Shown here piece after piece: positions 29,330-43,066 of a stretch of DNA of 64,000 nt. The position numbers and the translations under genes are program-made. The DNA is from Octopus sinensis (Eukaryota): the NCBI RefSeq assembly GCF_006345805.1, contig NC_043008.1:24428001-24492000 (forward strand), written 5' to 3'. Numbering within the stretch: position 1 is the stretch's first letter; each line of letters opens with the position of its first letter. The notes under the pieces were generated by a model. That model was given only the letters and a program-made list of their open reading frames with translations, was not told the origin of the DNA and searched no databases.

Positions 29330-30116
29330 ATGAAGAAGATACCGTCTAAAATTTGCAGAAACATCGATTGTTAAAAAGAGACAAACCAAAATATACGTAA
29401 AAGACTTGCGAAAAGCCTTGAGAAGCTAATCTGGCATGCCTAGAATATGTTCTGAGGACTTATTCCCTTTGGTACATCGTTCTGTAAATATACGATAGTA
29501 TATAAGCATGTACATGTTTCCATATATGTGTAGGATCACATAGTTTTAAACTCATTTGTAAGCCTAATGAAAGGCCATTCTACACTGATAAAGTGTCTAA
29601 TCACCCACCCGCTATCCTTAGAAATATGGCAAGTAATATAGGAAAGCACATTTCATCGTTGTCATCGGACGAGGAAGCCTTTCGTGATGCCTTATCGTAT
29701 TATAATGATGCTTTTCGAAAAAGTGGGCTCTCAAAGAAGATCCAATATATTGATAACGGAACTAACCATAGTACAACCCGTAGAACTAGAACTAGAAAGG
29801 ATATGTGGTACAACTCAATATTTAGCATTACTGTTAGAACCAATGTAGGTAGAGAATTGTTAAATCTAGTTTCTAGACACTTTCTAGTGAGTCATAAATA
29901 TTATAGAATTTTCAAATAAAGAACGCTAAAGGTTAGCTATTCTTTTTGCAAAATTTTAGCTTCTTTTATAAACCAACATAGTACAACCGTTCTTAAATTC
30001 ACAAAACTAACGGTGCTGCGGAAGAACCTGATTCTAATTGTAATTGTAAAGATGCGGTTAGCTGACCTTTAAGTGGAAATTTCTTAATTAAAGATATTGT
30101 ATATAGGTGGAAGGTC
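29330..30116 (+). mobile_element. PLE remnant (thumb/linker region, Hydra-like), left part
   Basis: SNHPPAILRNMASNIGKHISSLS..SGL..RTRKDMWYNSIFSITVRTNVGRELLNLVSRHF, LKVSYS, and CNCKDAVS*PLSGNFL..IVY. Confidence 0.85.
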
Positions 30117-30897
30117 CAGTAAAGACAACAATAAAGTTCCTGCATGAATTATTTTCCCGACAAGGTGTTCCAGACACATTGGTATAAGATAATGGAGCAC
30201 AATTTAAGGGAAGTGAATTCAAAAAATTCTGCAAAATATTTTTACTCCGCCCTACCACCCAAGTTCAAACGGACAGGTAGAAAACTTCGTCACTACTTTC
30301 AAGCCGGCATTAAAAATGTAAAGAATGACGTAGGAAATGCGGAAACGCTAACGAAATTCCTGAAGGTATATAGAGTAACACCTAATCAGGATACCAGTTC
30401 AGAAAAGTCTCCGGCAGAGTTAATGTTCGCACGAAAAATAAAACCGATCTTCGATACATTATTGCCACGAAAACATATATTTAAAGGAAATACAGAAAAG
30501 GCAACAAAACATTTCGAAGAAGGAGATAAAGTTCATTTTGAAATTTTCAAAAATTATCAAGAGGGCTGGGCGGTTGGTTTTGTATCTAAAAGATTAGGAA
30601 TCATGTATGTAACTGAAAGGCAACGTTGGAACATTAGAGCCACCATAACCAATTAAAGACGAGACATACCGAAAGACGGAAGGAAATTCCCATGCAAGTC
30701 TGATATGGCATGTCTGAGGTGCCAGCACCGAAAGAGACCGAGCCTCGTAGAAGCAGCAGCATAAAAAGTGAACATACTGTACACCTAGAAATAATTTCCA
30801 AACGAAAAAGGTATTAAATTTTCTAAATAAAAAAAAAATAAAATAAAATATGTTCTGAGGACTTATTCCCTTTCCTACGGTAGTCGAAAAGGGGAGA
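30117..30897 (+). mobile_element. Gypsy/Ty3 LTR retrotransposon remnant: integrase 3' half, 3' UTR and PPT
   Basis: TIKFLHELFSRQGVPDTLV*DNGAQF, SNGQVENF, YRVTPN..EKSPAELMFARKIKPIFDTLLP; polypurine tract aaaaggggaga immediately before the LTR. Confidence 0.88.
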
Positions 30898-31185
30898 TGT
30901 TGTGATGAGAGTCACGACGCCCCCTTGGAAGAAATAGACTGGACCGCGCGATTATAAATAGTAGCGGTTGGAGTGAAGTTTGTGTGAATTAGTCCGAGTT
31001 CAGTTCGCAGTGAAGTCGGAAGATGTAGGTTTATTAGTTCGTTTGGAATATTGATTGTTGGTTCGTGAAGAGATTGTTGGATCGTTACATTGTTAATACG
31101 GATGCATCTTTATCATGTTTACTGTTACTACACTAATACATTGTATCAAAACCATCCGTCACTATATCGTGGTGGTATCACAACA
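30898..31185 (+). repeat. 3' LTR (288 bp) of the Gypsy element
   Basis: Starts TGTTGTGAT and ends ATCACAACA (perfect 9-bp terminal IR); preceded by a PPT. Confidence 0.88.
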
Positions 31186-31450
31186 TCGGATATGGAGGTT
31201 ACAACAGTTTGCATAGGAATTATTTCAAATATCCGAAAAACGAATCTGGCCAAAAGCATATGGCAGTCAAACGAAGCAGGATTTTCCCATTCAAAATTTA
31301 TTGGTCCATATTGGAGAAGGCTACTTCATACAAGCTCCGATCTTACTCAATGAGATGTCAATTATGTTCGAACGCGAAGATTTTATCCTTTTGCAATATA
31401 AACATGCATTAAATCGCAAGACAGAATTCCTAGGTTTTTGCAGACGTGTT
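31186..31450 (+). mobile_element. PLE GIY-YIG endonuclease C-terminal part, resuming after the LTR
   Basis: IG...YWSILEKATSYK..RCQLCSNAK...LNRKTEFLGFCR. Confidence 0.8.
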
Positions 31451-31869
31451 TCTTGGTATGTTATGAGCAGCTAGACAGTTCCATATGGATACTTTATTTT
31501 GGACTTTACCATGTATTTCCATTTTTATCGTGCACTTTCCTACATAAATAATAATCGACTTTGATTACAAACTATCGCCTTCAAACTATCGCCTTCTTTG
31601 GTCGTTTTAAGCGATTGTTTTTACCGCTCTACACAACAATCTGTCAATAGGTTTTTTTCCATCCGTCTTATACACGTTTATTTTAAGCTCAATTCCAGAA
31701 AAATGTTTTATCGTTATTTCAGTATCGTTGTCTATTTTCTGAAGGACAAGCAATTTGGTCAAGTGCGGTGAGTCTCTAATAAAAGTATCTCATTAGCTAA
31801 AAGTTTTCATAGTCACCTGCTAAACGCCTTTAACTGAGTTTCTAATTACAGCGTGGTGGTGGTGGTAGG

Positions 31870-32830
31870 GATTCGAGCTTTTATGGATACATACAGTTTC
31901 TGAAGTTTAAAAATATTTTATTAGGTTCTTCCGAAGCATTTCCATAGCGAGAATGTTCATGTGGGTTGAGGTTGCCAGGCCACCGTCCAATTAAAGAGCT
32001 GACTTGTGTGGGTGTGTGTGTTTCTTGAGAGTATTCAAGACAAAGAACTCGACGAAGTCGACAATCGCAGCCCCGACATATCTCCCCATGGAAATGTCGA
32101 ACATTGGATCGCCTTCTTTCTTCACCCAGAAGGATCGTCGTGAACCAAGATTAACTTTCTGGCATTCATCATAATTTTGATATTGAGGTCACTTATACTA
32201 GGCAATCGCTTTGCGAAATCCAGGGCCTTTAAGAGAAGAGGTTTCGGCATCGAAGAGTATGATTTTGGAGTCTATGATGTCATACCGTGCGATTCTGCAA
32301 GCTGATTTATTCACGATACTGCGGTACCGGTCTATCGCAACTGCGATCAGAACTATAGCCCTTATTATATCTGGGTTTATCATAAAAAATGTGCTTACTG
32401 AGAATGTCTATCTCGCTTTTAGAGGGGTTGATCAACCTGCAGTTAGAGTCGACGAGGGAACTGGGTTTGTGATCTTAAGTTGAATACGGCGGGGTAGTAT
32501 ACACAATCATCTATTAAAAAGAATGGTTATCTCCTTCACTTCTGTATATGTCATTTAGGTGGTGCTAATTTTGGCCTTACGTCTTGTGTGTGTGGAAATG
32601 CTTGTTACATAAATTTTCGTTGTTTTGTTTGCGAGGATATGTACATTAGAAGAGTGACTTAATTTGTGCCATTTAGTCATATAAAAAATTTGAGGAATAG
32701 GTTAGGATGATGCCTAAAATGTACCTTCTTCATGATATTCCATATATAAGCTTCTAAAATCTCAAGAACCTTTATGTAGGGAGGGCACTTTCTGGATTTA
32801 AAGCTGAACTTGTTTTCGGGTGTAGTAGTG
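31870..32830 (-). mobile_element. PLE RT fragment (Hydra-like)
   Basis: KALDFAKR, WVKKEGDPMFDISMGRYVGAAIVDFVEFF, and AL*LDGGLA (a degenerate GLYRDDGLA). Confidence 0.8.
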
Positions 32831-33095
32831 GATGATTATCGAAAAAGAAGATTTTCGAGCGGATACACTTCATGACGCTTTCTGTCTTCTACGTGATTTT
32901 CGTCAAGTCAAGTTTTCTCGGTGGTATCCGAATTTTTTTTTTGAACGAGTACGGCAGCCGTTGTCTTTCCATCGCAAACTATTTATCAGAGGTTTGTGGA
33001 TGGAACTCAACAGGATCTGGAGTACTTGTACAGGTGAATACACGAATGAAAGACAGAGGCACTGTTCGCATGTTTGTTATGTATGTATGTGTACG

Positions 33096-33148
<53 letters not shown>

Positions 33149-33202
33149 TATATATATATATATGTATATATTTGTGTATATATATATGTATATATTGTAT
33201 AT

Positions 33203-33243
<41 letters not shown>

Positions 33244-34918
33244 ACATGCGTGCACATGCATGCAATCAAATATACCCAAGTAAAGTGATATTTCAAAATC
33301 ATGTATGTAGAATAGTTTTTGATCACTAACCAAAATTCAATTTATTTCGGTTACATGCACTAGTATAAAATTCGAAACAGTTTAATGGTAACCATTTAAC
33401 CATGACGTACAGAACCATCACCAAGTAACTGACAACCAGATGCTAACACAATCGAGCGCATGCAGAATCAAATAACAATTCGTTATCTTTTTGTCCACTG
33501 GATGAAATAAAGTTTGTCAGCCATTTTAGTCATAAGCAGTGAACTATAACATCAACAAACGTATGGAAAGCAGATGCACCTATGAAGTCCTAATTAATTT
33601 TACAGTTTAAATGTCCTCTAATGCTGACCGAAACAACACTTACTAGTGCAATACGATAAAAGCAATATATCAAAACAAACTTGATTAGAATCATGGAATA
33701 ACGTGAAAAATGGAGAGCCTTTTTAACAGATAAATATGGAACAAATGAAGAAATTCATAACGCTCACTCACCTACTAACACAAGTACTATATATTGAGGC
33801 CAAATGTAAATGAATTGACAGAAAAAAAACGCCCAAAAGCAACCTCAAAATACCAACGTATATAAAAAAGACCTTCATGAGACCACGCCTTCATCAATAA
33901 ATATAAACATACCACCAAAACATCAACAAGAGATCGTACAGGCATGAGTCTCGAGTCGCAAAATAGAATTCCGTTTCAATAAACCATCTTCTTTTCACCG
34001 TGCATTGAAGAATAATCTCATTTGTTCCAAATAATCAAACATATTTGTATACATACATATATACGTACGTACATACATACTCACATATACATATATTTAC
34101 ATATATAATTGAACAAGCAAAGAAAGTAGCGTTCAACACATTTGATTTGTGTTACATGTATTTAGTAACAGTCTAACTGTAACCGTTATCACTTAAAATT
34201 TTGCAAGTGTAAGACGCATCCAACTCATCAAATGTTCGAAGTCAGGGTGGAGATTACCTAAAAGAAATATATAACGGCATTAGGGAGATCACTGCATGTA
34301 GTTGCTTTTGCTATCATAGTAGTATAAATAATTTTCTTGTTATAATAACTACGTGGTAGAAAAGACAGGATTTTGGCATCGGTTTCTCGAGATTCAGCAT
34401 CAGCGACATCAGTCTTTTACATTGGATACAACACGTTGTAGAACAAATAAAATGTTAATGAATCAGTCACCATTTTGTAGCATGTAAGCGTGTTGCAATA
34501 TTAGCAACAGCAAGAAATGAGTTCGTCTAACCGACACAGTACACCATGTCCACCACCACTAGCATATAATCTCCGACTCCGCCACTCTCTGCAGTTTGTG
34601 CTCATACCACATCTTGCCTCTTCTAGACTCCACTTTACACACAGTTTCCAATGTAGTACGCTACCTCATCGTGTCGCCACAAATTGCAATGGTTTTCGGC
34701 AAGTTTAAGACATTCGTTCACGATATGGGCAATGGTTTCGTCCACTGTTACAGACGCGACAGAAAGGAGACACGTGCCCATTCCGAAGGATAGCCTATTT
34801 ATTTGTGACCAAAGCATGGCCTTGCGCTGCTGTATGATACTCCCAGTCTTATTTTTCAGTGTCCCGTTCTTTACTCAATTCCACTTCAGTTGTGTGTAGA
34901 TGGAACTGATTATGTTAT

Positions 34919-35126
34919 AGGCAGAATAGTTAGCACACCGGGCAAAATTCTTAGCGGCATTTCGTCCGTTCTTACGTTCTAAGTTCAAATGTCGCCGGGG
35001 CCGACTTTGCCTTTCATCCTTTCAGGGTCGATAAAAAATGTACCAGTTGAACACTAGAGTCGATGTAATCGACTTATCCCCTTCCCCAAAATTTCATGCC
35101 TTGTATCTATAGTAGATAGGAATATT
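34919..35126 (+). mobile_element. SINE family B (slightly 5'-truncated)
   Basis: gttagcacaccgggcaaaattcttagcggcatttcgtc...gtcgataaaa..gtaccagttg. Confidence 0.82.
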
Positions 35127-35134
35127 ATTATTAC

Positions 35135-35212
<78 letters not shown>

Positions 35213-35218
35213 TACTAC

Positions 35219-35250
<32 letters not shown>

Positions 35251-35261
35251 TATTATTATTA

Positions 35262-35321
<60 letters not shown>

Positions 35322-35327
35322 TACTAC

Positions 35328-35381
<54 letters not shown>

Positions 35382-35382
<1 letters not shown>

Positions 35383-35940
35383 GAGTGAGAGAGCAGTGCA
35401 TACCATCAAAGTGACACTGGGGTAACATATACGAAGCCCAGTATACCCATCATGACTACCCGTCTGATAAGGGTACACTAGGCACATGCATCACAACCAT
35501 ATGTGCGCGACATGGTGATCTCATATCAAGATAAACAGCACATGACCTTGCAGGTGGGGCCCAGTTAGAATTTTCTTCAGGTTGAGTAACCCATCCCACT
35601 CGAAAGGTCCCTGAATAAGGGTTGTTTAAGGATGTTGAACGAAACACCCATGTTTCCAAAGGTGAATTATCCAAACCTCTATGAATTCCTTTCAACACAG
35701 GGCTATGATGCTCCCCCACTACTTCTGCTTATGATCAGAGATGCACATATCGTCAGCCACTAAAGGACATGCTCAACTGGTTAAGGTCAAACAACTGACA
35801 AGCAAATCTGTGGTATTGAGCAGAATATTTGCTGTAGCCCATCTTTTATACCAAGACAAAACAATGTACATGATAACACTTCCAATCAGTTAAGATCAGA
35901 AGCCATGAGAGCCACTGCCTGGTACTGCATCAGGGCATTT
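35382..35940 (-). mobile_element. 560-bp non-coding element inserted in (TAA)n; probable non-autonomous partner of Dong/R4
   Basis: Near-identical to 43125-43683; flanked on both sides by (TAT)n; the minus-strand 3' end is ...ctctctcactca(ATA)n. Confidence 0.85.
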
Positions 35941-35957
35941 ATTATTATTATTATTAA

Positions 35958-38560
35958 AAAATCGAAAGTAATGAATTGTGTGAAGCGATAAATACACTGG
36001 ATAAACAACGAAATACAGAACTAAAAATACATTACGAAGCTTTTGTTGCTGTGGAGATTCTTGACGTGCAATATATCAAGCAGAAAAATGAGGAAAGTCT
36101 CATGTTATAAATGGAGACTTGAGAATCACGTTGAATTCTCTTTAGACATGTTCAAATAATAAATGCTATAATTCAAAACAAGACGAAAAATGAATGACTT
36201 AGGGACGAGCTACAAGAAAGTATAACATCAGACACAGAGGATTACTGATAGCTACAGATGGGATGAGGCAAAAATATTAAAGCAATAAAAAACAACTGGG
36301 CACCATCAAAGAATAAATCAGTTTCAACAAAGCAGTTTCCTTAGAGAGAATGAAAGGACACTTTACCATCAAAGACAATCTATATAAGGAGAATCGATTT
36401 TGGTCCGATATTTAGATCAGTAGCTGACAAAAGGGTAAGGCGGTTTAGTTACAGGAATCTAAAAGTGAAACAGATCAAAAGAAGTAAATATAAAAGTTAC
36501 AGAAGAGAAGCTGCAAGTGATAATTAAAAAAGTACCGAAGCGGAAAGCTTTTAAACCCAATGTTCTTCAGAGACTGGTTTAAATTGTCACAAACATGTAC
36601 AATAATATGCAACCACTTCTTATTTATCTTTATAGAAAACGGAATACCAACATTGATGACATAACGAAGGATTGTAGGAATAGGAATATAAAAGCACAAA
36701 AAATATGAGAGAATGTCGGTACTCATAGATTTATTATAGGCTTAGCATTGCTACAGAAATTATTAACTGTCCTTACAGATGATTATTTGTATATTTCCAA
36801 AATATATGTTCAAACTAAAAAGAAAAGGTGCAGAAAGACAACAAAGAGAAATGCTTATCTAGTCTGTATCACTAGCAATGTGTTCAGTGAAGTACAAATA
36901 AGATAAACAAACTTATGTTAGATAGACTGCAAGAAATCACTCAATGATGTCCCAGAGCAATGATGTTTTAGTGCCTGAGGAGATCCGGAAGTTAATAAGA
37001 AGATTAACAGTGGTTAGGAAAACAAAAACGACGAGATCCTGAGAACAGACCTAAAGAGCAGAATTAAATCATTAGGAAGTGTGAAAACGCAAAATGAAAT
37101 ATTTCACGAACGCTCCCTCTCCCTGGTACTTTCTATAATTGTGTTGATTCCTCTAAAAATGATATAACAAATGCATAACTGTCTCAGCTTGTTAAAACAC
37201 ACACACACACACACACGCGCACAAACACATATAAATGAAAAAGCTCAAATTCTGCATAGAATTTAAAAGAAGCCTGTGTTCTCTTAAGTAGTAAGTATAT
37301 TTAGCTAGTATACTGTTAAGTGGTTTGGGGTGAATATATGCGCAGTTTTGAAATCGAAATATTATATCTGATGGTAGTAAGATATCACAAAAGGATATCT
37401 TTAGACCCCAAATGTTGCCCTGATTTCTGCAAGACTCCTAAGTAACCTTTATGAGACTTGAGTAGACATATATGAATTCGTCAAGATAATATAATTACAA
37501 CATAAATTTGGGTGTAAAAGATTTTTAATAATAATAATAATGATAATAATAATGATAATAATATTCCATGAAGACAAGCTCTCTCTCCACTCCTTTTCTG
37601 CTTCGCACTGACACATTTATCTGACATTCTAAACGGAACTAGATGTGGATAAAACTGTTACGGCAAAACACTCAGTCAACTCTTATATATGGATTATATA
37701 AAACTGTATGCTACAAATTATAAACAGCTGGAAACATTACTACAGTGAGTGCATAGATTTACCAAAGAAATAAACATGACGTTTGGTTTAGAAAAATATA
37801 TTTTAGGATTCACCATCCAAAATCTGACACAGAAAGGTTATATATACAATATATCGATGGTGGTAGATGCCTTATTCAGCTAGAAAACTATTACAAAATA
37901 AACCCTATAGGACTACAGAATCACCTACTTTAGAAGCAAAGAAAACTAATACAGATAACCACAAAACATGAATGAAATAAAAAACTGATTGCAGTATTTA
38001 AGGAAGCGGAAAAATACAAAAAAGAAGTCATAGTGATTAACAACTATGAAGTAAACGAAGAAACAACAAAAGCTGTAAATAATCTGAAATCCAAACTAAA
38101 ACTGGAACAGTAAAAGGTTCATGATAAGAAAAGCCCCTTCATAGCAAATACTGAGTTAAATTAAGGAGAAAAAAATAGACAAAGCAAAATTCTGACAATA
38201 GCTGAGAAGCTGAAGATTCAAAAGCAGAGACTGAAGGATTTCTAATTACAGCACAAATCCAAAGCCTTCCCACCAGAAATTAACAAAAGCATGTAACGAA
38301 AAGAAATACATGTAACTTCAAAATATGTGGAGATGGAGAAGAAACAATAAATCATATTATCTCTGGCTGCCCAGTCGTGGCTAAGAAGAAATATATTCAC
38401 AGACACGACAGAGTTGGGACCCTGGAAGCTATACCAACACTATGGAATAACAACAGAAAAAAGATAGCATAGGCACACACCAGAAAAAGTCAAAGAAAAT
38501 GAGAAGGCAACCATGCTCTGGGATATACCAATGCACACAAATACAGAAATCAAGGCAAAT
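35958..38560 (+). mobile_element. Highly degenerate Dong/R4-clade LINE
   Basis: Frameshifted remnants resembling HLLYMDDIKLYA (~37680-37715) and ICGDGEETINHIISGCPVVAKKKYIHRHDRVG (CCHC finger), plus ATMLWD before the RLE region. Confidence 0.75.
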
Positions 38561-38675
38561 AATTACCTCTTATATTTATATATGTAATTTATTTATTGAA
38601 CCTCAGTCTTTTATATGCTAGACCACTGGTGTTAAAATTGATGTTATTAAAATAATATCCAATTTTTCAACCTCA

Positions 38676-38736
<61 letters not shown>

Positions 38737-40053
38737 ACTTATAAACAAGGGCAAAACAAAAAAAAATTCTAATGCCAAATATGCCGAAACTAGACACATC
38801 GTCCATAACCATATAATTCATCACTATAAGCACGCGTCTCGAAGAAAGCCGACAGAAATTTCTAATATATATATATATGTACTCCATATGAGAAAAGAAT
38901 CTTTCTAGTTTGCTAAGATGGCTTACATTAAAACAGTTTTTAAAAATTGTTTTTGCAGATTCTTAATTCCTGCTTCGTGATAGTTTCAGATTTGATCTAG
39001 CCTCCCAGCAGCCACACGTCCATGCTGTTTGCTACATATATATACACATATATATATATATATGTGTGTGTGTGTGCAGGAGTGTAGGTGTGTTTACCTC
39101 CCCGTAACTTAGCATTTCGTCCAAAAGATGCCAATAGAATAAGCACTAGATTTACACCTGTAAGTTAATGAAGTATATAAGATAACCGTTTATCTCTTTG
39201 TCATGTAATTTTCGTGTATATATATATATATATATGCATACACACATACACGCGCACGGGTGTGTGTGTGTATTTATATTAATGTGTAAACAAAACAGAG
39301 AGACAAAGAGGTAGACAGAGACAGTGAGATCTATGAAGATATATCCAGTTTTTGCAAAATTTCTGGATCTCTTTGATGACTTCTGATACAAAATCTAGCT
39401 GTGAATTAGAAATAGGTACTTTCTTACATGTGTATATGTATACTTACCCAAGTAAAATGGGAAATGAAACCAAAATACAATAATTCAGCCATTATAACTG
39501 CTATTTTACGCGCCATGATGTAGGCAGTGTATCGGATTTTTATTGAATTTTGTGATATGAGGAATGATTTTAGTTTTATACAAAAACGTAGGTCTTTATA
39601 TTCAAAGGAATTTGTCTCTTTTATTCTCACCTCGCATGTAGTAATCTTTCTCGTGTTCTGTTCTCTTTACAATTGCATATGTGCCAAATATAGTTTTAAT
39701 CCTACTTACTCTATATATTCTTCCATTTTCATAGATATTTCTGACCGGAAAGGTCAGTATAATGCTTGCGTAGTATATTCTTCTTTTCTATATACAATTC
39801 TGCTATTCCGCTTTCGACTTCACCAAGGCAACTGAAATCACTGTGTGATTCTGATTAATTTGCACAATGATTCAAGAAGATATTTGAATTTGATGTAGAA
39901 GATAAAGCGAAGTGATTTTATAGTACATAGTTTTGAAAAATCATTCTTGGATCAGCTTTCGATTTTCTTACAACTTCTGACCAAAAAACATTGCAACGTG
40001 ATATGGTCATTTGCTTGCAAATGCAGACCTTTGTGCAAAATAAGTAATTTAGT

Positions 40054-40084
<31 letters not shown>

Positions 40085-40108
40085 GTAATAATAATAATAA
40101 TAATAATG

Positions 40109-40169
<61 letters not shown>

Positions 40170-40178
40170 TATTATTAT

Positions 40179-40221
40179 TGAGTGAGAGAGCAGTTCATGC
40201 CATCAAAGTGACACTGGGGTA
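40179..40221 (-). mobile_element. 43-nt 3'-end-only copy of the 560-bp element
   Basis: tgagtgagagagcagttcatgccatcaaagtgacactggggta after (TAT)n. Confidence 0.85.
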
Positions 40222-40268
40222 AAATAATTGTCTGTTATATTCTTCTTCTTCTTCTTCTTCTTCTTCTT

Positions 40269-40299
<31 letters not shown>

Positions 40300-40302
40300 T
40301 TC

Positions 40303-40333
<31 letters not shown>

Positions 40334-40369
40334 TTCGTAATACAGTGTAAGTAGAGATGCACTGGAGTC

Positions 40370-42340
40370 TTTAATCATCTGTCAAGCCACAAACATCTGT
40401 CAAGTTTCAGCGGGATTGAGCCCAACGCTCCAATCACCACTGGTATCACATTTACATTACCTTCTCGCATTCCATACAGTCTTGCCATTTCCACTTTCAA
40501 TTCAAAGTACTTGGTGATTTTTTCAACCTTTTTACTCACAACATTCATGTCATTCGGTATGGCTTCATCAATGATCTGACAGTATTTGTCTCTCTTATTC
40601 AATATGACAATATCCGGCCGACGGTGTGTGATTACACGATCCGTCTGAAAATCATAGTCTCAGAGTATCGTTACTTTTTCATCCTCTTGCATATCTTTAC
40701 TTGGTACAAGCTCATACTAGATCTTTGTTACTTCACATTGCTATTTACGGCATAATAACCAATGAAGATACACACACACACTTCATCGTGGAGGTGCTTG
40801 TATTCTTTTTGTGCAAAGCGCTCACATCCACTTACCAAGTGGGTCACATTTTCCATACTATTTCCACAGAGTCTGCATTTCTGGGAGTCAGAAGTTTTAT
40901 AGATACTATACTTCAATGAATTGGTAGCGAGAGCCTGATCTTGGTACACTTCAAATCACCTCGCTCAAACCACACCCACGACGCTGTATTATCCTTAACG
41001 TCTTGTGTATTCCTTTCAAGCTGTCCATGCATTCTCTTTTCAAGAAGGTCTTCTTTTCTCTTCTCCTCAGCTCTTTGGTTAAACTCCTCCTTGCCTATCA
41101 TTTCATCTGCATTTACACCCATATCGTTCGCGGCATATTGCAACATGTCTTCATCACTATTTATCAAATACTCGGCAAGAGTTTCCCTTTCACTCTTTAT
41201 ACAATGGTCTATACTAATTCGTCCTCTGCCACCGTTCCTTCTTTTAATATACAGTCTGTTTACGTTTGCTTTGGGGTGTAGCACCCCATGCAGCGTCATC
41301 AGCTTTCTTGTCCTTCAGTCCATTGTTCATATTTCCTCCTTAGTCCATTTGAGAATGGATGCACTATATCTGACCACCGCATCTGCCCAGATATTCATTA
41401 TGGTAAGCAAAGTTTTGGCATTGAGGTTCGATTTCAACACCATCTTCACCCTTTTTTGATATACCTCGCTGAGCTTGATTTTCATTTTTCTCTGTAGAAT
41501 GTCATCTAGCTCCAAAATCTCTAAATATCTATACTCACTACCGTCGGGCTCACCCATGGTCTCTCCTGATGGTAAGTGCAATCCTCTGCAGGTTGCTTTC
41601 TTCCGTCTTTTCATATTAAGTACGGAGCATTTGGTAATCCCAAATTCCATATCGATGTCCCTACCACACTTCTGGACTGTTTTCGTTAAAGAATCCGTCT
41701 GTTTTTCAGATTTTCAAAACAATTTCAAGTCATCCATAAACAGAAGATGGTTTAATGATGGGCCTTTCTTCCCACATCGGTAACCCATCTTAAATTTCCT
41801 AAGTGTCATTGTTATGGATACTAGTAAAATTACAAAAAAATAACGGAGAAAACGAGTCATGTCGGAAGATTCCCCTTTAACTCCTCCAAGGAATATATTA
41901 CTTGAGTACAATTTAGTTTTCCACTCTTTCATGCTATACATCAGAAAATGTGTGATGTCATCAGCAACACGAAGCATCTGCAGGCACTCAACGATCCAAG
42001 AATGAGGCACTATATCATATGTCTTCTTAAAGTTAATCCAAGCCATAGACATGTTTGTATGATGTTTTTTTACAATGCCTCAGAACTGTTTTATCGATGA
42101 CAAGGTGATCTTTTGTAACCTGAGAACTCTTCCTACATCCTTTTTGTTCCCTAGGGAGGGTGTGAGGCCTCTTTTGTCTCCTTATCGCACAGGAATATCC
42201 ATTGCTGACTCTCTCATCGTCTGCCGAATTTATTTACAGACCTGTTGAATTTAGCCTGTTCACCAATCTGGTACACTTCGTCCTACTAATCCATTCAACA
42301 CTCACAAATTTATGTTTATCTCAGGTACAAGACAAAAATT
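40370..42340 (-). mobile_element. Dong/R4-clade LINE remnant (RT, CCHC, restriction-like endonuclease)
   Basis: MAWINFKKTYDIVPHSW, NHLLFMDDLKLF, HPKANVNRLYIKRRNGGRG, CRLCGNSMENVTHLVSGC, HRRPDIV and VIPVVIGALGSIP. Confidence 0.92.
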
Positions 42341-42465
42341 GAAACTAAGCATTTAATAATACATTTTAATGATGATGATGATAATAATAATAATAATAAT
42401 GATAATAATAATAATGATAATAATAATAAATAATAATAATAATGATAATAATAATAATAATAATA

Positions 42466-42511
<46 letters not shown>

Positions 42512-42512
<1 letters not shown>

Positions 42513-42680
42513 GTGTTAACTACAAACGTAAACAGGCTGTATATGACAAGAAAGAATGGTGGCAGAGGACTGATTAGTACAGATCATTGTGTAAGAAGTG
42601 AAAGGAGAACGCTTACCGAGTATTTGATAAATAAAGACGAAGATCTGCTGCAATATACCAGGACTCATATTATTATTGAT
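42512..42680 (+). mobile_element. Short Dong/R4 fragment in opposite orientation
   Basis: NVNRLYMTRKNGGRGLISTDHCVRSERRTLTEYL is homologous to 40913-41299(-). Confidence 0.8.
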
Positions 42681-42789
42681 AAACGCTATAGGTAGAACGA
42701 TGAAGCACGCTATTTATATGTATGTGTATGTATATACATGTAGTCGTGTATATACAGATAAAGAGAGGAAGAGAGAGATGGGATCTCAA

Positions 42790-43040
42790 TAACAACTCTC
42801 GTGGGAACCCCACGAACGACTCATAAAATCCTGATGCAACACAAGGAAAGAATTAACGGCGGGAATTAAGCTATAGCCGATCATGGTGAAAGTTTTCCGC
42901 TCGGGCATATCCGAAACCAGCCGCATCAGGGGCAGTGATTTGGCCTCAGACGGCATTATGTCACAACAGATCACATACACAGTGTGCACAAAACCCTGGA
43001 CGAAGGAAGAGTACGATACACTTATTGAATGTCATGAAGG
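42790..43040 (+). mobile_element. Probable 5' end/N-terminus of a Dong/R4 element
   Basis: KPWTKEEYDTLIECH resembles the R4/Dong N-terminal WTxEEN..xxECY motif; ends in (TAT)n. Confidence 0.5.
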
Positions 43041-43066
43041 ATTATTATCATTATTATTATTATTAT

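Noticed and set aside
33400-34050. Possible Penelope/Neptune EN remnant followed by a TGAAGA..AAAC-atatt-GTA relic
   Set aside because: Too degenerate to call by eye.
34460-34880. Possible DNA transposase (Merlin-like) remnant
   Set aside because: Motif order and spacing did not fit.
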